64,000 nucleotides of DNA from Klebsormidium nitens (lineage: Eukaryota > Plantae > Klebsormidiophyceae), in the NCBI GenBank assembly GCA_000708835.1, contig DF237194.1, positions 23,317 through 87,316 of the forward strand, read 5' to 3'. The notes beneath the pieces were generated by a model. The model saw nothing but the letters and a program-made list of their open reading frames with translations. It ran no database searches and was not told the origin of the DNA. The position numbers and the translations under genes are program-made. Positions 25,101 to 37,266 of the stretch are shown piece by piece; positions within the stretch are counted from its first letter, which is position 1, and each line of letters begins with the position of its first letter.

Positions 25101-27073
25101 GGAAACGTGTATTCTTGACACCGAGAGATGAGTGAGAAGTTGAGGGCTGCAGAGACTCGCCTTGATGCAAAGCGTTCATTGGTGGTGTACAATGTTCCTC
25201 CGACTTCGACGGACTACAACGGCTTTCTCGAAGCAGAGTGCAGTGTCTTTGAATGAAGCTAAATGCCTTTTCATTGAAATCAGTTGTCCAGAATGTTGAA
25301 GATTCAAGCGCTTTTTAGCTGAGGCCTCATATTTCTCTGCAAAGGAGATTTCAAGTGCACGTATTCTGCACAAGAAAGGTTGACAAACCAAAAGCAAGGG
25401 CAACAATGAAGCTATTCGTCGGGTGGACTTGCCAGAAGACCTCTTCGATGTGAGTAGAAACTCTTGCCCTCGGATCTGCTCTAGGAGCTTCTAGTAGGTG
25501 TGCACACTCTCTATTGGACTGCTGACCTTTACACGCTCCAGATGTGCATTGGAGCTTCCAGATGAACGACAACTCTGATGTTCGATCAGATCTGTGCCTG
25601 GTCCTCGTTAATTCGGAACAGCTTCTCCTAACCTTGACAACGTCGTCAGAGGGACCCGGCAACTTCGAAGAACTCCCGCTTTGAAATTGGAAAACTCAGC
25701 TCTCTCGTAAATCCCCTTCGAATCTAACTGGAACCAAGCGTGGCGATTAGTGGCTCAGCTCACCTGAACACCACGGACGACTTCGTGCTCGTCTGCATCG
25801 GCCAGGATCTGGATGTACGTGCTCTTCAGAATGTTGGAAAAGACTGCACACCACCAGGAACAATTAAGAGTCAATACATTAGTGTCTTTCAATTGTGAGC
25901 TTGCAAACAACGCGATTGCAAAGGCTCCCTCCTCTGGAATGTTCTCAATGTTTTCAGTGTATCAGGAACACAAGTATGAAGCTTCTCCCGCGTTATTTAT
26001 GAGACTATGAGCTGAATATTGTGTGCACATAGCTGCAAAGGGGCACTTTCCTTGCAAAGACAGACCTTGCTTCAAACCGAAGGTCCCGGGTTGCCGAAAC
26101 TCACACAGGTGGTATTCCCCATATCGAGGATTCTTAAGGTGGCGCTTTAATTGTGTGATGTTCTCGCCAGTTGGTCGTAGGAAACAGACCGCCTTCAAGT
26201 GCCCCAGCGACTCTTCTGTTGGAGGGGCATCTACAGGCTCCACCAAGTATACGTCCTTGTGCAGGATGTCAGACTGGCTGAACACAACGCTGATGAAACC
26301 AAGCTGCAAACAAGAAAGACTCTGGTCAACAATACAGCTTTGTTGGCGACGGAGAATGGCTTCAACGTTGAGTATTGCACAAAGCACAGAGATCTTGCTG
26401 AAAAGGCATAAAACTCTCCTTGATCAGAACTTTGACTGATGTTACACAGAATCCATGCGCACCAGCTCAAAAAAACCAGCTGGATGCATTGCGCCCCTTA
26501 ATATTTGCAGGAACCTTCTATCGGCTTGCAACCAGCAGGGATGTGATGATGCAGCCCGATAGGAGATTGTCGCGATAAACAGGGAGACCCCATTCGCGAC
26601 ACCAAACTTTTCAGCATGAAAGTTAGGGTGTGAGGCTACTTGATGCAACCACCACCAGGAGAGCATACATACTGATGCTTATGAGCAGGCAGAGCACCAT
26701 TGATCAAAGTTTCCACGCAGTGTGCAGCTCATTTGGCGTCACTCCAAAACTCATGGGGCCAGGGCTGGAGCTGTGATTCTCATCTGCAGATCTTTTTCAG
26801 CAACCTGCTCAAGATCTAAGGGTGCTGGCAATCCTGCTGAAAGCTTGGTGTGGAGCCTCAAAACCCTAATTGAAGACCTAGTCGGTGAGAAGACACAATG
26901 GATCCATCTGCTTGTGGTTTGTGAGCCTAACTTAGAGTATCTAAATGAGGATGAATCGAGCAAAGCACAGGATATCGACTCACCGTCTCTTTGTCCACAA
27001 TAAGTACTTTCATTCCAGTCAGCTCACTGAGCATTTTCGCGACATAGTCGCGGATAGCCCCAACGAGTACCAT
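19169..27073 (-). CDS. VPS45: Vacuolar protein sorting 45 (Sec1/Munc18 family), 12 exons
   Basis: Exons 27073-26984, 26303-26105, 25843-25764, 25094-24867, 24138-24013, 23489-23356, 23131-23037, 22183-22002, 21509-21357, 20913-20681, 19716-19585, 19226-19169 (TAA). Signature segments: [91 protein letters not shown]. Confidence 0.97.
20331..20565 (-). repeat. Two degenerate intronic copies of the 3' end of VPS45 exon 10
   Basis: ctgcc(a/g)gcaggcgc...tggctcccaacga... occurs at 20681, 20508 and 20331. One copy keeps a GT donor (GGCAG|gtaata). The other translates as [20 protein letters not shown]. Confidence 0.95.
22314..22509 (-). repeat. Two intronic copies of the acceptor plus 5' end of VPS45 exon 8
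   Basis: Real ccag|AGGACATGGCGCGCTTCGTGGAGAA. Copies gcag|AGGACATGGCGCGCTTTGTGGAGAA (22314-22345) and gcag|AGGACATGGCGCACTTCGTGAAGAA (22479-22509). Confidence 0.95.
23497..23720. repeat. Degenerate ~21-bp minisatellite in a VPS45 intron
   Basis: About six copies of a (a/g)agt(a/g)cccggtt-like core, e.g. gaagtacccggttaatatggg, aaagtacccggttatatggg, gaggtgcccggttgc, gagagtgcccgattatagg. Confidence 0.7.
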
Positions 27074-27933
27074 TTTGAGCAGCAGACAAGGCCCTGACCA
27101 ACCACAATGCAATCAAGATCGCGCTCTTTGGTCTGCCTATCAGGGTCGCGTCGTGAATGAATCAAAGCAAGCAAGGCCAGCGCCTCAACTTGGAACGCCA
27201 ATACTTAGACCTATTTCACCAATCGGGTATGCTAAAACTCAATCGAAGGACAAAGCTAAACCCGCGTTCTAGTGCTAGCAGAGAAGACGCCCTTGAGCCC
27301 ACCACAGGAAGACATGTGCAGTAGCAATGGCATAGCTGGAGTGAACTGCAGAAGCGACTTGAAAAGACGAGCTGCCGTCACCTCGCTCAGCTGCAGGTGA
27401 AGTCAATCGTAGCCGTCGATCAGAGATTAGAAGACATTGAAGCCGTCCGATTCTGTTGAAGCCAGGGATGCCGTCGCCCTAGTTGTCATGAGCGCCTACC
27501 GGACTTTGCTTCAGCACTTCTTTCGACGGCTGCCATCGTATGGAGTTGATACAATCACAGAAGATGCTTCGCATCGAAGAGCGAAACAGGTTCCAGCTTC
27601 AAACTGTGGAGCAAATGCGAGAAATGCGCAATGCAGACTCGTATCAGTATCTCTGGCGAACGAATGCAGGGCTTGACAGCAGAACACACACACACGAGCC
27701 CGGTATAAATGGGTCGGCAACGCCAACAGTCCGAAGATATAAGAGTCCGAAGAGAAGTTGAAGCAAGCAAACAACCTTCTATTGTTCCAAGGTCAATTGC
27801 GCCTCTCTGCATTTGCAACTTCCAGCGCGCCATTCTGCTCCTATCTGATCACAGCAGCCATTTCTCCGAATAGTTGCTTATTAGAAGTCATGGCGTTTTA
27901 TTGCTGATAAGAGGCCGAGGAGTTTCCCTCAAC

Positions 27934-30900
27934 ATGGCGAGCGAGGAGGTGCAAGAGGAGGTAAAGGGCGTCATCGAGGAGGATCATGTCACGTGCGAGA
28001 ACGGGGCTCCCGAAGAGAAGACCATCACCGACGTGCAGGACAAGGGCGTCGTGGAGGGCGATGACGAGGTCAAGCAGGTGACCACCGAAGTCAGCGCTGA
28101 TGTCACCAAAGAGGTCGACAGCTCGCTGCCGGAGCCCGATTCCTGGGAGGACGTGGAGGCGTTGGAGGAGCGGTTGAAGACCTTGAGCACTGCCGACCAG
28201 ATTGCTACGGAGAATGAGAGGAAGGAGGCGAAGTTGCAGGGGGGGGGTGGTGCCTCTGGCAGCGGCGGAGGGCGGTTGTCCCCCCAGAGAATTGTGGTCG
28301 ATGGGAGGCAGGGCGCGGTGCCGGGAGAGCAAGTGGACCAAGTGCTGAAGATGGGGCTGACAAACCCTAGGGACCCTGGGGATCGCCTTGCCAGTAAGAC
28401 GTGCTTCTTTACTTCTATTGTTTTTGCTGATGCGTGTGATGATGTAGCGAGCCTCAATTGGTATTCGCGAGAGCTAAGTTTCAGTCGAATTGGGTTTCTG
28501 TCTCAATTGTTGCATTTTTACTGCATTGGTTGGAATTTGTTGTCCGCAATTGGATGCATCAATCTGCAACCCACCAGCTTTGAGCAGATTGTAGTCTTTG
28601 AGGCAAGCATTGCCGAGTACATCTCGTTCTTGAAGCTGCTCATTTTCGGAACATAACTCCTCAAATCCTCTTCCTGTGCCATTTACCAGAGCTGCAAAGC
28701 AGGTACTTTGATTTTATGCTTTACCCGCATGGATCCTTCAGCTGATTGCAACCCAACAAACCACCCGGCGATAGATGATTAGGGGTTCTGCTTAGGTTGT
28801 TACCGAACCTGCTTACAATTAGAATGCACAACAGGTTTCATGGTTGATCACTCCATAAAAAACACTCGGCATCCACCTTCCATTGTAAATCAATGAAGAT
28901 AGGGATACTTGGTGCAATGCTACCGCGGCGGCTTGCCCTGATTGACCTTCTGCATCAGTTTGTCAGGGCATCAATCATTGTTCCTACATGAAGCATTTCA
29001 CAGCGCTTTGATTTCGATCGCCAAATTGCGAAATGGTTCTCGTGTCTTCTGGTGAAATCTGAAAGACCCATTACAGTTCACTTGGACGTGGTCCATCGTT
29101 GTCTGCTTCCGTTGGTTTTTGCGTCCTGTTTGTTGTTCTTCTCCATGAACCCTTGTCACGTACTGTCCCTCTGTCTGCATTTAGAAAAGTTGGACCGCCA
29201 AACGTGCCCCCACCTTCTCCCTCCATGCAAATCTCATCTTTTTGCAGACTCGTAACAATTGGACACTTGGTCTATGATTGCGGGTATGAGAAGTCACATT
29301 CTCCTTTGGCTTCACACATGATAAACGGATTCCCACAAGATGAAAGTAAAGCCAAAACCCTTGTTCTTCCCTGCAGTTCTGCGGATGGACGTCGAAGTTG
29401 AGCGTTTCATGCGGACGCCCAATGCGCAGCAGCTCGAACTGGGCCCGCTGCCGTCAAGCTACATGCGCATGGCCGCTCACAAAGTCGCCCAGCATTACCT
29501 CCTCGCCACGTCGAGCCAGATTGACACCGGCCTCGACGGGCAGCCCTTGCACAAAGTGGTCGCGGTCAAGACGCCCGAGTGTCGCTTCCCATCGTTCCGG
29601 TTGTGTGACATACCGGTAAGCGCCCTTCAATCTTTGTACCCATCTTGAACGAGTTGGTCTGCTGTGTCAGCCTTGTTCTATTCTGAGAGACTCTGGGCGT
29701 GTCAGGGATAAGTGCAGCAATGTCCGATGTCTGAGCTGTGAACGGCATCCAAGCAAGGCGCTCAACTTTCTTGTTGAGGCCTTGATCTCCCTCTTTGCAG
29801 CCGCTTCTGATAGGATGTGGCCTGCGCAGGATGGTCTTCTGCTCTTTTCTTGAAGCCAATGGGGGTTTGATGTGGGCTGTCTTAGAAAAAGTTGCCGGGA
29901 TGCTGCTGGGGTCTTGTGACAGCCCACCAAGAAAAAACGGGGTTTCAGGAAAACTTTGGTGTTGATGGCTATCCACAGGTTGTCTGCCTTTGTTTGTAAC
30001 CTTTTAACAGGAGTCTGTTGTAAAATTGTCAACGGGCTGCAATGATTCCTACTAGAGCTTTGCGATTGGCCAGCTAAGCTTGCCCCAAAAACATGTATGC
30101 CTTCACTGTGGCGCCCGTTGTGCTCCGTCTTTCTCGCTTTTCAGCGTGAACCCATGTTTTGACTGAGCCACATCTTAGGCAGTTACTTCTGTTCTCTGCA
30201 GTCTTGACAAGGTAATGGTGTCAAGTGGTTAGCGAGCTTGGTAATGCAATCATTCTTGGGTCAGCAGGAACAGACACCATGTCCCTGCCACTTCTGATAT
30301 GTCCAGTCTACAAGTGCATTTGAATTTACTGTGGTGGTAATCAAAAGTTGACTACCACCAATCAAGGTGGTGTTTAAACAGTCGAGATTTTGACTAGCAT
30401 TGCAAGACAATCAATCATCAAAGGACTCCGCCTTAATCTGTTTAAACAGGAGCCGGCGCCTGGTCTCCTCGAACGGTGATTCGACCTTACCCGATCAGTC
30501 TATGAAAATCAGTTGTTTGCTGTGCAGATGGCTCAGCGTAGCCCCCGTGCGCAAGGCCCCGTCAAGCTCGCTATCAAGCCGCGCAACACCGGGCACCACT
30601 CCAACGGCGAGTCGCGCCAGCGCCAGACAGGGCCTCTCAAGTCGGTCGAGGAGCGCAGCGAAGAGTACCAAAAAGCACGCGCCCGCATCTTCAACCAGGA
30701 GAAGGAGGCCGCCGTGCAGAACGGGGGGGTCATGCGCGGGCCAATGGGATCCCCCCACAGCGGACTCGTCGGGTTTGGTCCTGACATGGGGGGGCGAAGC
30801 ATGCCTCCTGTGCAGGGTCCAGTGGAGGGGGGGTATGGAGAGAATTCTGGGCGGGGGGGCGGCAGCAGGGGCAATGGGGAGGGGGGAAATGGGAAGAGGG

Positions 30901-33490
30901 GAAAGGGGCCTGCCATTTTCAGAGACAGGGAGAAGGAGAAGCGCGACCCCGACTTTGACAGGAGCAGGTCAGTGTGCGGGTTATGCTTTGCCCTGGGTTA
31001 CTGTTTTTGCTTGGCGCTTGCGTTACGAGGTGCAGGGTAGGATGTGGGCGTTTGGCTGGCGTCATGTCTTCACTCCAGTTGCTGCGTCTGCTTATCATTT
31101 GGTGTGCTTTTACTCGAAGCAGAACTTGAAGCAGTGTGCTGGTATTTAAGACATGGCGTACTTTCTACCCACTATTGATTCTGCTCATGGATTTGGGGCC
31201 TAATATGTCTGCTGGGCAGTAATTATTGTGCAATGAGTTTCCAATATAACATGCCTGTGCTCCAAGAGCGGGTCTTGATTACGTACATGAATTGATCAAC
31301 ACATGCTGGCGGACTTGCAATCACATTGTTCTGCAGATCGGAAATCTTGCTATGGAATAATTTTGATGGGAAGTTGGCTGCATGGGGCGATTGCTTTTTG
31401 ACGCTAAAACAAAATGCTAACCCAGCCCACATACACTCTTATCGATCTCTGACTCTACTCTTCTCCCCTCTCTGTCTGTAGCAGGTTCAATGGCCGGTAC
31501 GACCCCAACTTCGGTGCCCCGATGATGCCTTACATGCCGATGTTCGTCCCCCCCCAAGCCATGTACACTGCCGAGTTCCCTCCCCTTGGAGCCCAGTCGG
31601 GGATGCAGGGGGGGGGCATGGGCATGGGTGAAATGTCCCCCCAGGGAGGGCAGATGCCGGTGAGCAATCCTGGCCCCCAGTTCGGTGCATCACATTAATT
31701 TCCTTCTTCCGAAGATTTATTGTGGTAGGCCTGAGAGGTTTGTTTGACATGCCACTGAGCCGTTGCTCTGGCCCTCTTTTACAACAATTCTGGTTTTTGA
31801 CACTGCCAATTGACATAGCACTAGGTTCCCGGACCACCGGCGATTCGAAAAGTCAGAAGAACAGCTTCAGATTCTCATCCGGTCTTATCATGGCATCCAA
31901 TGGCGGCGGCCATATGTCCTCTTTGACACTCCAAAACCTAAAACCACCATAGTGATTACCTTTGCTTGCGTAGGGTTTGATAGTGTTTCTGATTTCTGCT
32001 TGCATATGGTTCTTTCCCGTACACGGAACTTATCGAACCGACTTTCTTTTCCAGGTTTCGTGGATGCCCGCAATGGTTGGCGGCCCCGGGGGCGGCCAGC
32101 CCTTCGCCTCTCCCGGGAGCCCCATCCAGTTCGCTCCGGGGGTCCAGCATTTCACCCCCCCGGCGGGCCAATTCGTCAACCCCGTCAGCCCCCAATTTTC
32201 ACCGGGGGGTCCCCAGGCCTACCTCGGAATGGCGCCGTTCCCCCCCCAGCAGGCAACGTTCACCAGCCCCAACGGCCAACAGTTCATGACCCCCCAGTTT
32301 GCGAACCAGTTCCCGCAGAACCAGGGGATGCCGTTCCGGGGGGGTATGCAGNNNNNNNNNNNNNNNNNNNNNNNNNNNNNNNNNNNNNNNNNNNNNNNNN
32401 NNNNNNNNNNNNNNNNNNNNNNNNNNNNNNNNNNNNNNNNNNNNNNNNNNNNNNNNNNNNNNNNNNNNNNNNNNNNNNNNNNNNNNNNNNNNNNNNNNNN
32501 NNNNNNNNNNNNNNNNNNNNNNNNNNNNNNNNNNNNNNNNNNNNNNNNNNNNNNNNNNNNNNNNNNNNNNNNNNNNNNNNNNNCGGGGGGGTATGCAGTT
32601 CGGCGTGCCTGCCAACGGGCAGCAGTTCAACCCGGCGGGAGGGCAGTTCCGGCCCCCCCAGGCCGGACAGGTTCAGTTTCAGGTGCAGCCGGGGCAGCCT
32701 CAGCAGGGATCCCCCGGAATGAATGCGCAGTTCCAGGGGGGGCCTAGTGGGCAGTTCCAAGGGGGGGGTAACGGGCAGGGATTTGCGCCCAACGGTGTTC
32801 CGATGTTTGCGTCGCAGCCCATGGGGGGCTATGCGATGCCCGGCGGCATGATGTATGTCACACCCGACCAGTTCCAAGCACAGGTGGGCATCTTGGTTAT
32901 GACTCCCTGGTGCCGTTTCGTGGTTCTGTGAAAGATCCGACTTGGTTCCACGCACTTTTGAGAACAATTTGCCAGGCTGGTGCGAGGCTCCATTGGGGTT
33001 CCAGTTTTGATGTGGTTGAAAGCATGGCTGACATGAGCGCTTCCTTAACTTTTCTGGCCTGAAATCTCGAACAATGTGTTGTCTAGGGTTAGTCACCTGT
33101 GTTGTCAGCTTACTGCGGGGGAAGAGCCTTGTTGCAAACTTTGCTCGATTGTATCTTCAAAAGCATTCCGGACTCTGCTGTGCCATGTATCTCTGTCTTG
33201 TCAGGTCGCTCTTTCCGACTTCGACCGTCTCATTGTCGCGTGAGCTATTGTCCACATTCGTGCAACAGCGTAAAGACCCCAAGCGCAATGAGCGGCGCAG
33301 CTCGGGGGGCTTGCCATGTCTTCCCATTCTGAGTTTCAACCAATGGGCGTTGACTTGCACCAAGCAGAAAGTTGAAACCGTATTGCCTTTCTTCTTGCAG
33401 CCTATGGATCAGTACCGGCCCCAGCACCCTCCCCCGCAGCAGCTCTCCCCCCCGCCGCAACAGTCACAGCCTCCGCCACGCAGGCGCTGA
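27934..33490 (+). CDS. R3H- and SUZ-domain RNA-binding protein with Q/G/P/F-rich low-complexity C-terminus, 6 exons (one crosses an N gap)
   Basis: Exons 27934-28393, 29377-29615, 30528-30967, 31485-31659, 32055-32883 (contains the gap), 33401-33490. R3H: RLAILRMDVEVERFM...SSYMRMAAHKVAQHYLL. SUZ: LKSVEERSEEYQKARARIF. RDREKEKRDPDFDRSRRF and YDPNFG...EFPPLG resemble plant R3H-SUZ proteins. Confidence 0.88.
32352..32583. other. Assembly gap (232 N)
   Basis: Run of N in the sequence. Confidence 1.
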
Positions 33491-35045
33491 CTGGGCCCCG
33501 AAACCCAAAACCCCTCCAGCCCCTTCTTGGGGCGCGTAGCTTTTAGGGTTAGGGATAGGCTTAGCAAATGTTCTGATCAGACCCGGGAGCCTTAGCACGC
33601 ACGTGAGACGCAGAAAAGCTGGGCGGAACACAGAGGTGATAGAACACGGTAGATATCGTAGGTGGCGGAAAAGGGAGAGGAAAGCGAGTCGAGGTTTCGG
33701 AACTCCTTGCGAGAGATTTGTGAAGTAGATTGAGGATGTGCTCGGCGGCTCATTGCCGCGGCAGGCCGGTCGCTGCGAGCGGGGTCGCGCTGGTTTCTGT
33801 GAAACGAAGAGTTACGGTCAGCGAAAGTGTGCTGTGGCTGTGCCATGCAGCGGGGTGACATCAGCAGTCGATTATGACGTTAGCTGAGTTGGAGGCGAAA
33901 TATCCGAGGACGGAAAGTTACTAGCAACTGGACAAGCGTGCTCGGGAGCCGCTTGTTGGCGTGCGGAGACGGGAGTGACGTCAGATGTGAGTTGGGTTTG
34001 GAAACATGGCGACCGGGAACCTAATTTCGGAGAACCGGACCTGGGGAGTGCGGCTGGCTGTGCTGTGCGCCGGGGTGACGTCAGCACAGTGCTGCTGCGC
34101 CGCCGGCAAAAGTTGGGAGGTTGCGCTTGAAAGAAAAACCGGGGGAAGCGGCGAGGTGACGTGGGAGACGTTGCGGCCCACTCTTCTGGTGAGGGGGAGA
34201 TGCACGGCGGTGGCTTGGAATGGCAATTGAGTGGGCGGGCTGTCAGCTGTGGGGTCGATCGGGTAATGCGAGGAGCGGCACAATGGAAAGGTCGTAACTT
34301 GACGCGTCTAGTGGGCGATTTGGCGCATGGGTCTCAGGTGCAACCGGGGGCGGCAGGCAACTGACGGCGTTCAACTGGGCTTCGTGCGCAAGGCTTCGGA
34401 GAAAGTGCGTCTGTCCTCGCCGGAGGGGGGGCTCTCCGGCTGTGCCCCCTGCGGAGGGTAATCACAGGCTGCGCCTTGATGTGTGCCGGGGGGGGGTGGT
34501 TGTGGCCATGGCTCGCGGCAGCAAAAAGGGGCTGGCAAAAGGGGGTCCCGTGTTCTGCATTTTGAACGCTCTTGCAACGGCGCCGTGCCTGATCAAATGT
34601 GTCGGAGGGGGAAAGCTGGCTGCCGGGGGACCACTGTCGGGGTGGAGGGGGAAGCGAGTATCTCTCCAGGGGGGCTGCCCACCAGGCTCAGTTGACTGGA
34701 CACATGCCCCTCCGGCTGGAAGCCGGCGTCAATGGTCTCTGACCATTAGCAAAGTGGAGGGGTCGGTCACAGCGCGGGTGGCTATGCACTTGCAAGGAGT
34801 GCACGGCTCTGCGCTGCTGAGAGAGGCTCGGCTTCCCCGTCCAGCAGGGCGGTGGGCAGTGTACGACATTTGCGGGGTTGTACGAGCCTTAATGGATGAC
34901 GTAATGGCACGGTGCCTTACTTCCGCTGTGTGTGAGGAACCTGTTTCCGCCGTCGGAATGTGGCGGGGCGAATCGAGAAGGCGAGGGGGCCGTGGGCAGT
35001 AAATTCAGAAGCCGTTATGTCCGGTGGGGCCAGAAGGGGCGGAAG

Positions 35046-35349
35046 CGGACGGTCCAAAACGGAACCGAACAGTATCGGACTAAATGGGCTGCTGCCGGAG
35101 ATCGGACGGGCTAGCCTGGAAGGACGTTGCTGTAAGGAGCGCAAGGGGGGTGGCCGGGATGGCCAAAGCTCCGACAGGGTCTCGTTTCAGACGGACGGTC
35201 CAAAACGTCGGACAGTGTCGGACTGAGTGGGCCGCTGCCAGAGATCGGACGGGCTAGGCGGGAAATGTTGGTGCTGTGTAAAGCGCAAGGGGGTCGGCCG
35301 GGGATGCCGGAGCCGGCTAGAGCTCCGACGGTTTCGTTTCGGACGGTCT
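35046..35349. repeat. About 146-bp degenerate tandem repeat (2 copies plus a fragment)
   Basis: cggacggtccaaaacg starts at 35046 and 35192, and cggacggtc again at 35340. Both units share gagatcggacgggctag, agcgcaagggg, tggccgggatg/tcggccgggatg and agctccgac. Confidence 0.9.
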
Positions 35350-37266
35350 CAAGCGAACTGTCTCTGGTAGCACCTTCCTTAAACTTCGGAGGCAGGCGCT
35401 TGGGGGACGCTATGCAGTGGGCTGAATGTTGGAAAGAGTGGGTGACGGGCGGAAAGACTGCCCGGGTTGGAATCCCGTGCAAGCGGCGGGCTGGAAAAGT
35501 GCCCGGGTTGGGCTCCCGGGGTCCGTACCAGGGAGGGGGGGCCTCGGCACGGGGACTGCTCTTTTGGAGGCAGCGGCGATTTTTGGCGGTGGGGCCGTCT
35601 CAGCAGAGCGAGGGCCGAGCGCGGTGCGTCCAGGGCTCGCTGCAAATCGGAGGGATCCCTCTGTTCCCGACCTCTGGTCTTGGAAGCGGGGCCGCTGTTG
35701 AGGGCCACTTTGCTTGAAGATGATGATTTCAGCCATTGAGCAGCCCACCAAGTCGGGGCCGGGGCGTTGCAGCGAATCCGACTGAGAGAGTGGGCGGAAT
35801 TCAGCGCGGACTGGGCGGAATACGGCGCGGATCGGGTGGATCCGGAGTCTGACTGGGCGGAGTCTGCGCAAGTCCTTCGGAGCCGCCAAAGGACGACGAT
35901 CGAGTGCACGTTGGACTCTTCGAAAGCAAGTAAGTTGTGCAACCGGATCCTCTGAGCGATTTACCATGCAAGTTTCGTCCAACTTTCAGCGCAGCTTGTC
36001 GGTCAAATAACCAACAAGGTTTTGATGAAAGTAGTCAGGCTTCTTCCGCAGATTACGGATTCTAGGGTCTGCATAGTCAAACTCCGCCAAACCCGGCTGC
36101 TTGATCCTGCCACGATGCTCAATATCATGGTGTCCAAACGGTCGGAATTGCTTCTGCAGTTTTCGGGGGTACGCAGACATGCCGAGGTAATGCGAGCGCG
36201 TTCAAGGACGACAGCTGGCGGGCGGGCAGGCAGTCTGCCGGATCAGCCTCGGGCTCTAGCATGTGTTGCTGTGGGCCTTTGGCTTACGGATAGTCTCGCA
36301 AGCTGAGCGCGATGCGTAGAGGAATCTAGAGAGCAGAAAGGATCATGTTGTTGCAAAGTTCCGTCATACGCTTGTCTTTGACACTCTCTTTACATTGTCA
36401 ACATAGCAAAGTATTCTAAAAGTGAGAAGTGTTACTCTTTTCTTCATACGATGACATCTTACTGCTGCCAGGCGTCAAGCTGACGTGTTGTCGCTCATGA
36501 GGATTCCTTGTTGGACCACGGAATGCATTATCGCGGCCTTACTAATATCCAAGGAAGTTCATTTTCTTGCTTCGGCGCATAAGGCTGACCACTTTGCGGG
36601 TGTACATGTATGATCGTGCTCTGCATTTGATTCATGCATGCGGTGGCCGCCAGCATGGACATTGCATGACGACAAGTCAGTCAAATACTGGATTGAAAAG
36701 TTGCGCATGGAATGACAGTGCTGTGCACGAAACGTTGAAGCCGGCATATAACTACAGCCAGCAGTATCGTTCAATCGTTGGCAGCCGCGCAGAGTGAGGC
36801 GGCCGGCCCCCGGACCGGCGGGAGCCGGGCAAGAGGTGCCCATGCTAGCGGAAAACCCGGGCGCTTCGCTGAATTTCAGATTCCAAAATGGCCTGTACGT
36901 GGTGACACTTGGCCAGATTGCTGACTTGTCCTCCGGCCAAAACAACGGGGCAACTTCACGGGTATCAACAACGAAGTACATGGGCGGCCCACATTACAGA
37001 ACTGTCAGAAGGCTCTTTCACTCAATGGAATCGCCGTCAGGCAATCTAGACGCTTACTTGTAATCCACTCTGTAGACGCCCCGCGCTGCTGCTTGTGCTT
37101 CTGCTAGCTGCTCTGTATTTGGCTCTTGTAATATAGAGCCTGATCTACGAAGCTCAACAAATTACAGCATTGCGCTGTTTTTTGTGATCAAAAGACTCAG
37201 GCGACTCGCGGCATTGCCCTCTAGAAGAACGTCGTAAGAGCAAGGATTGAAGTAGGAAGGACTGCA

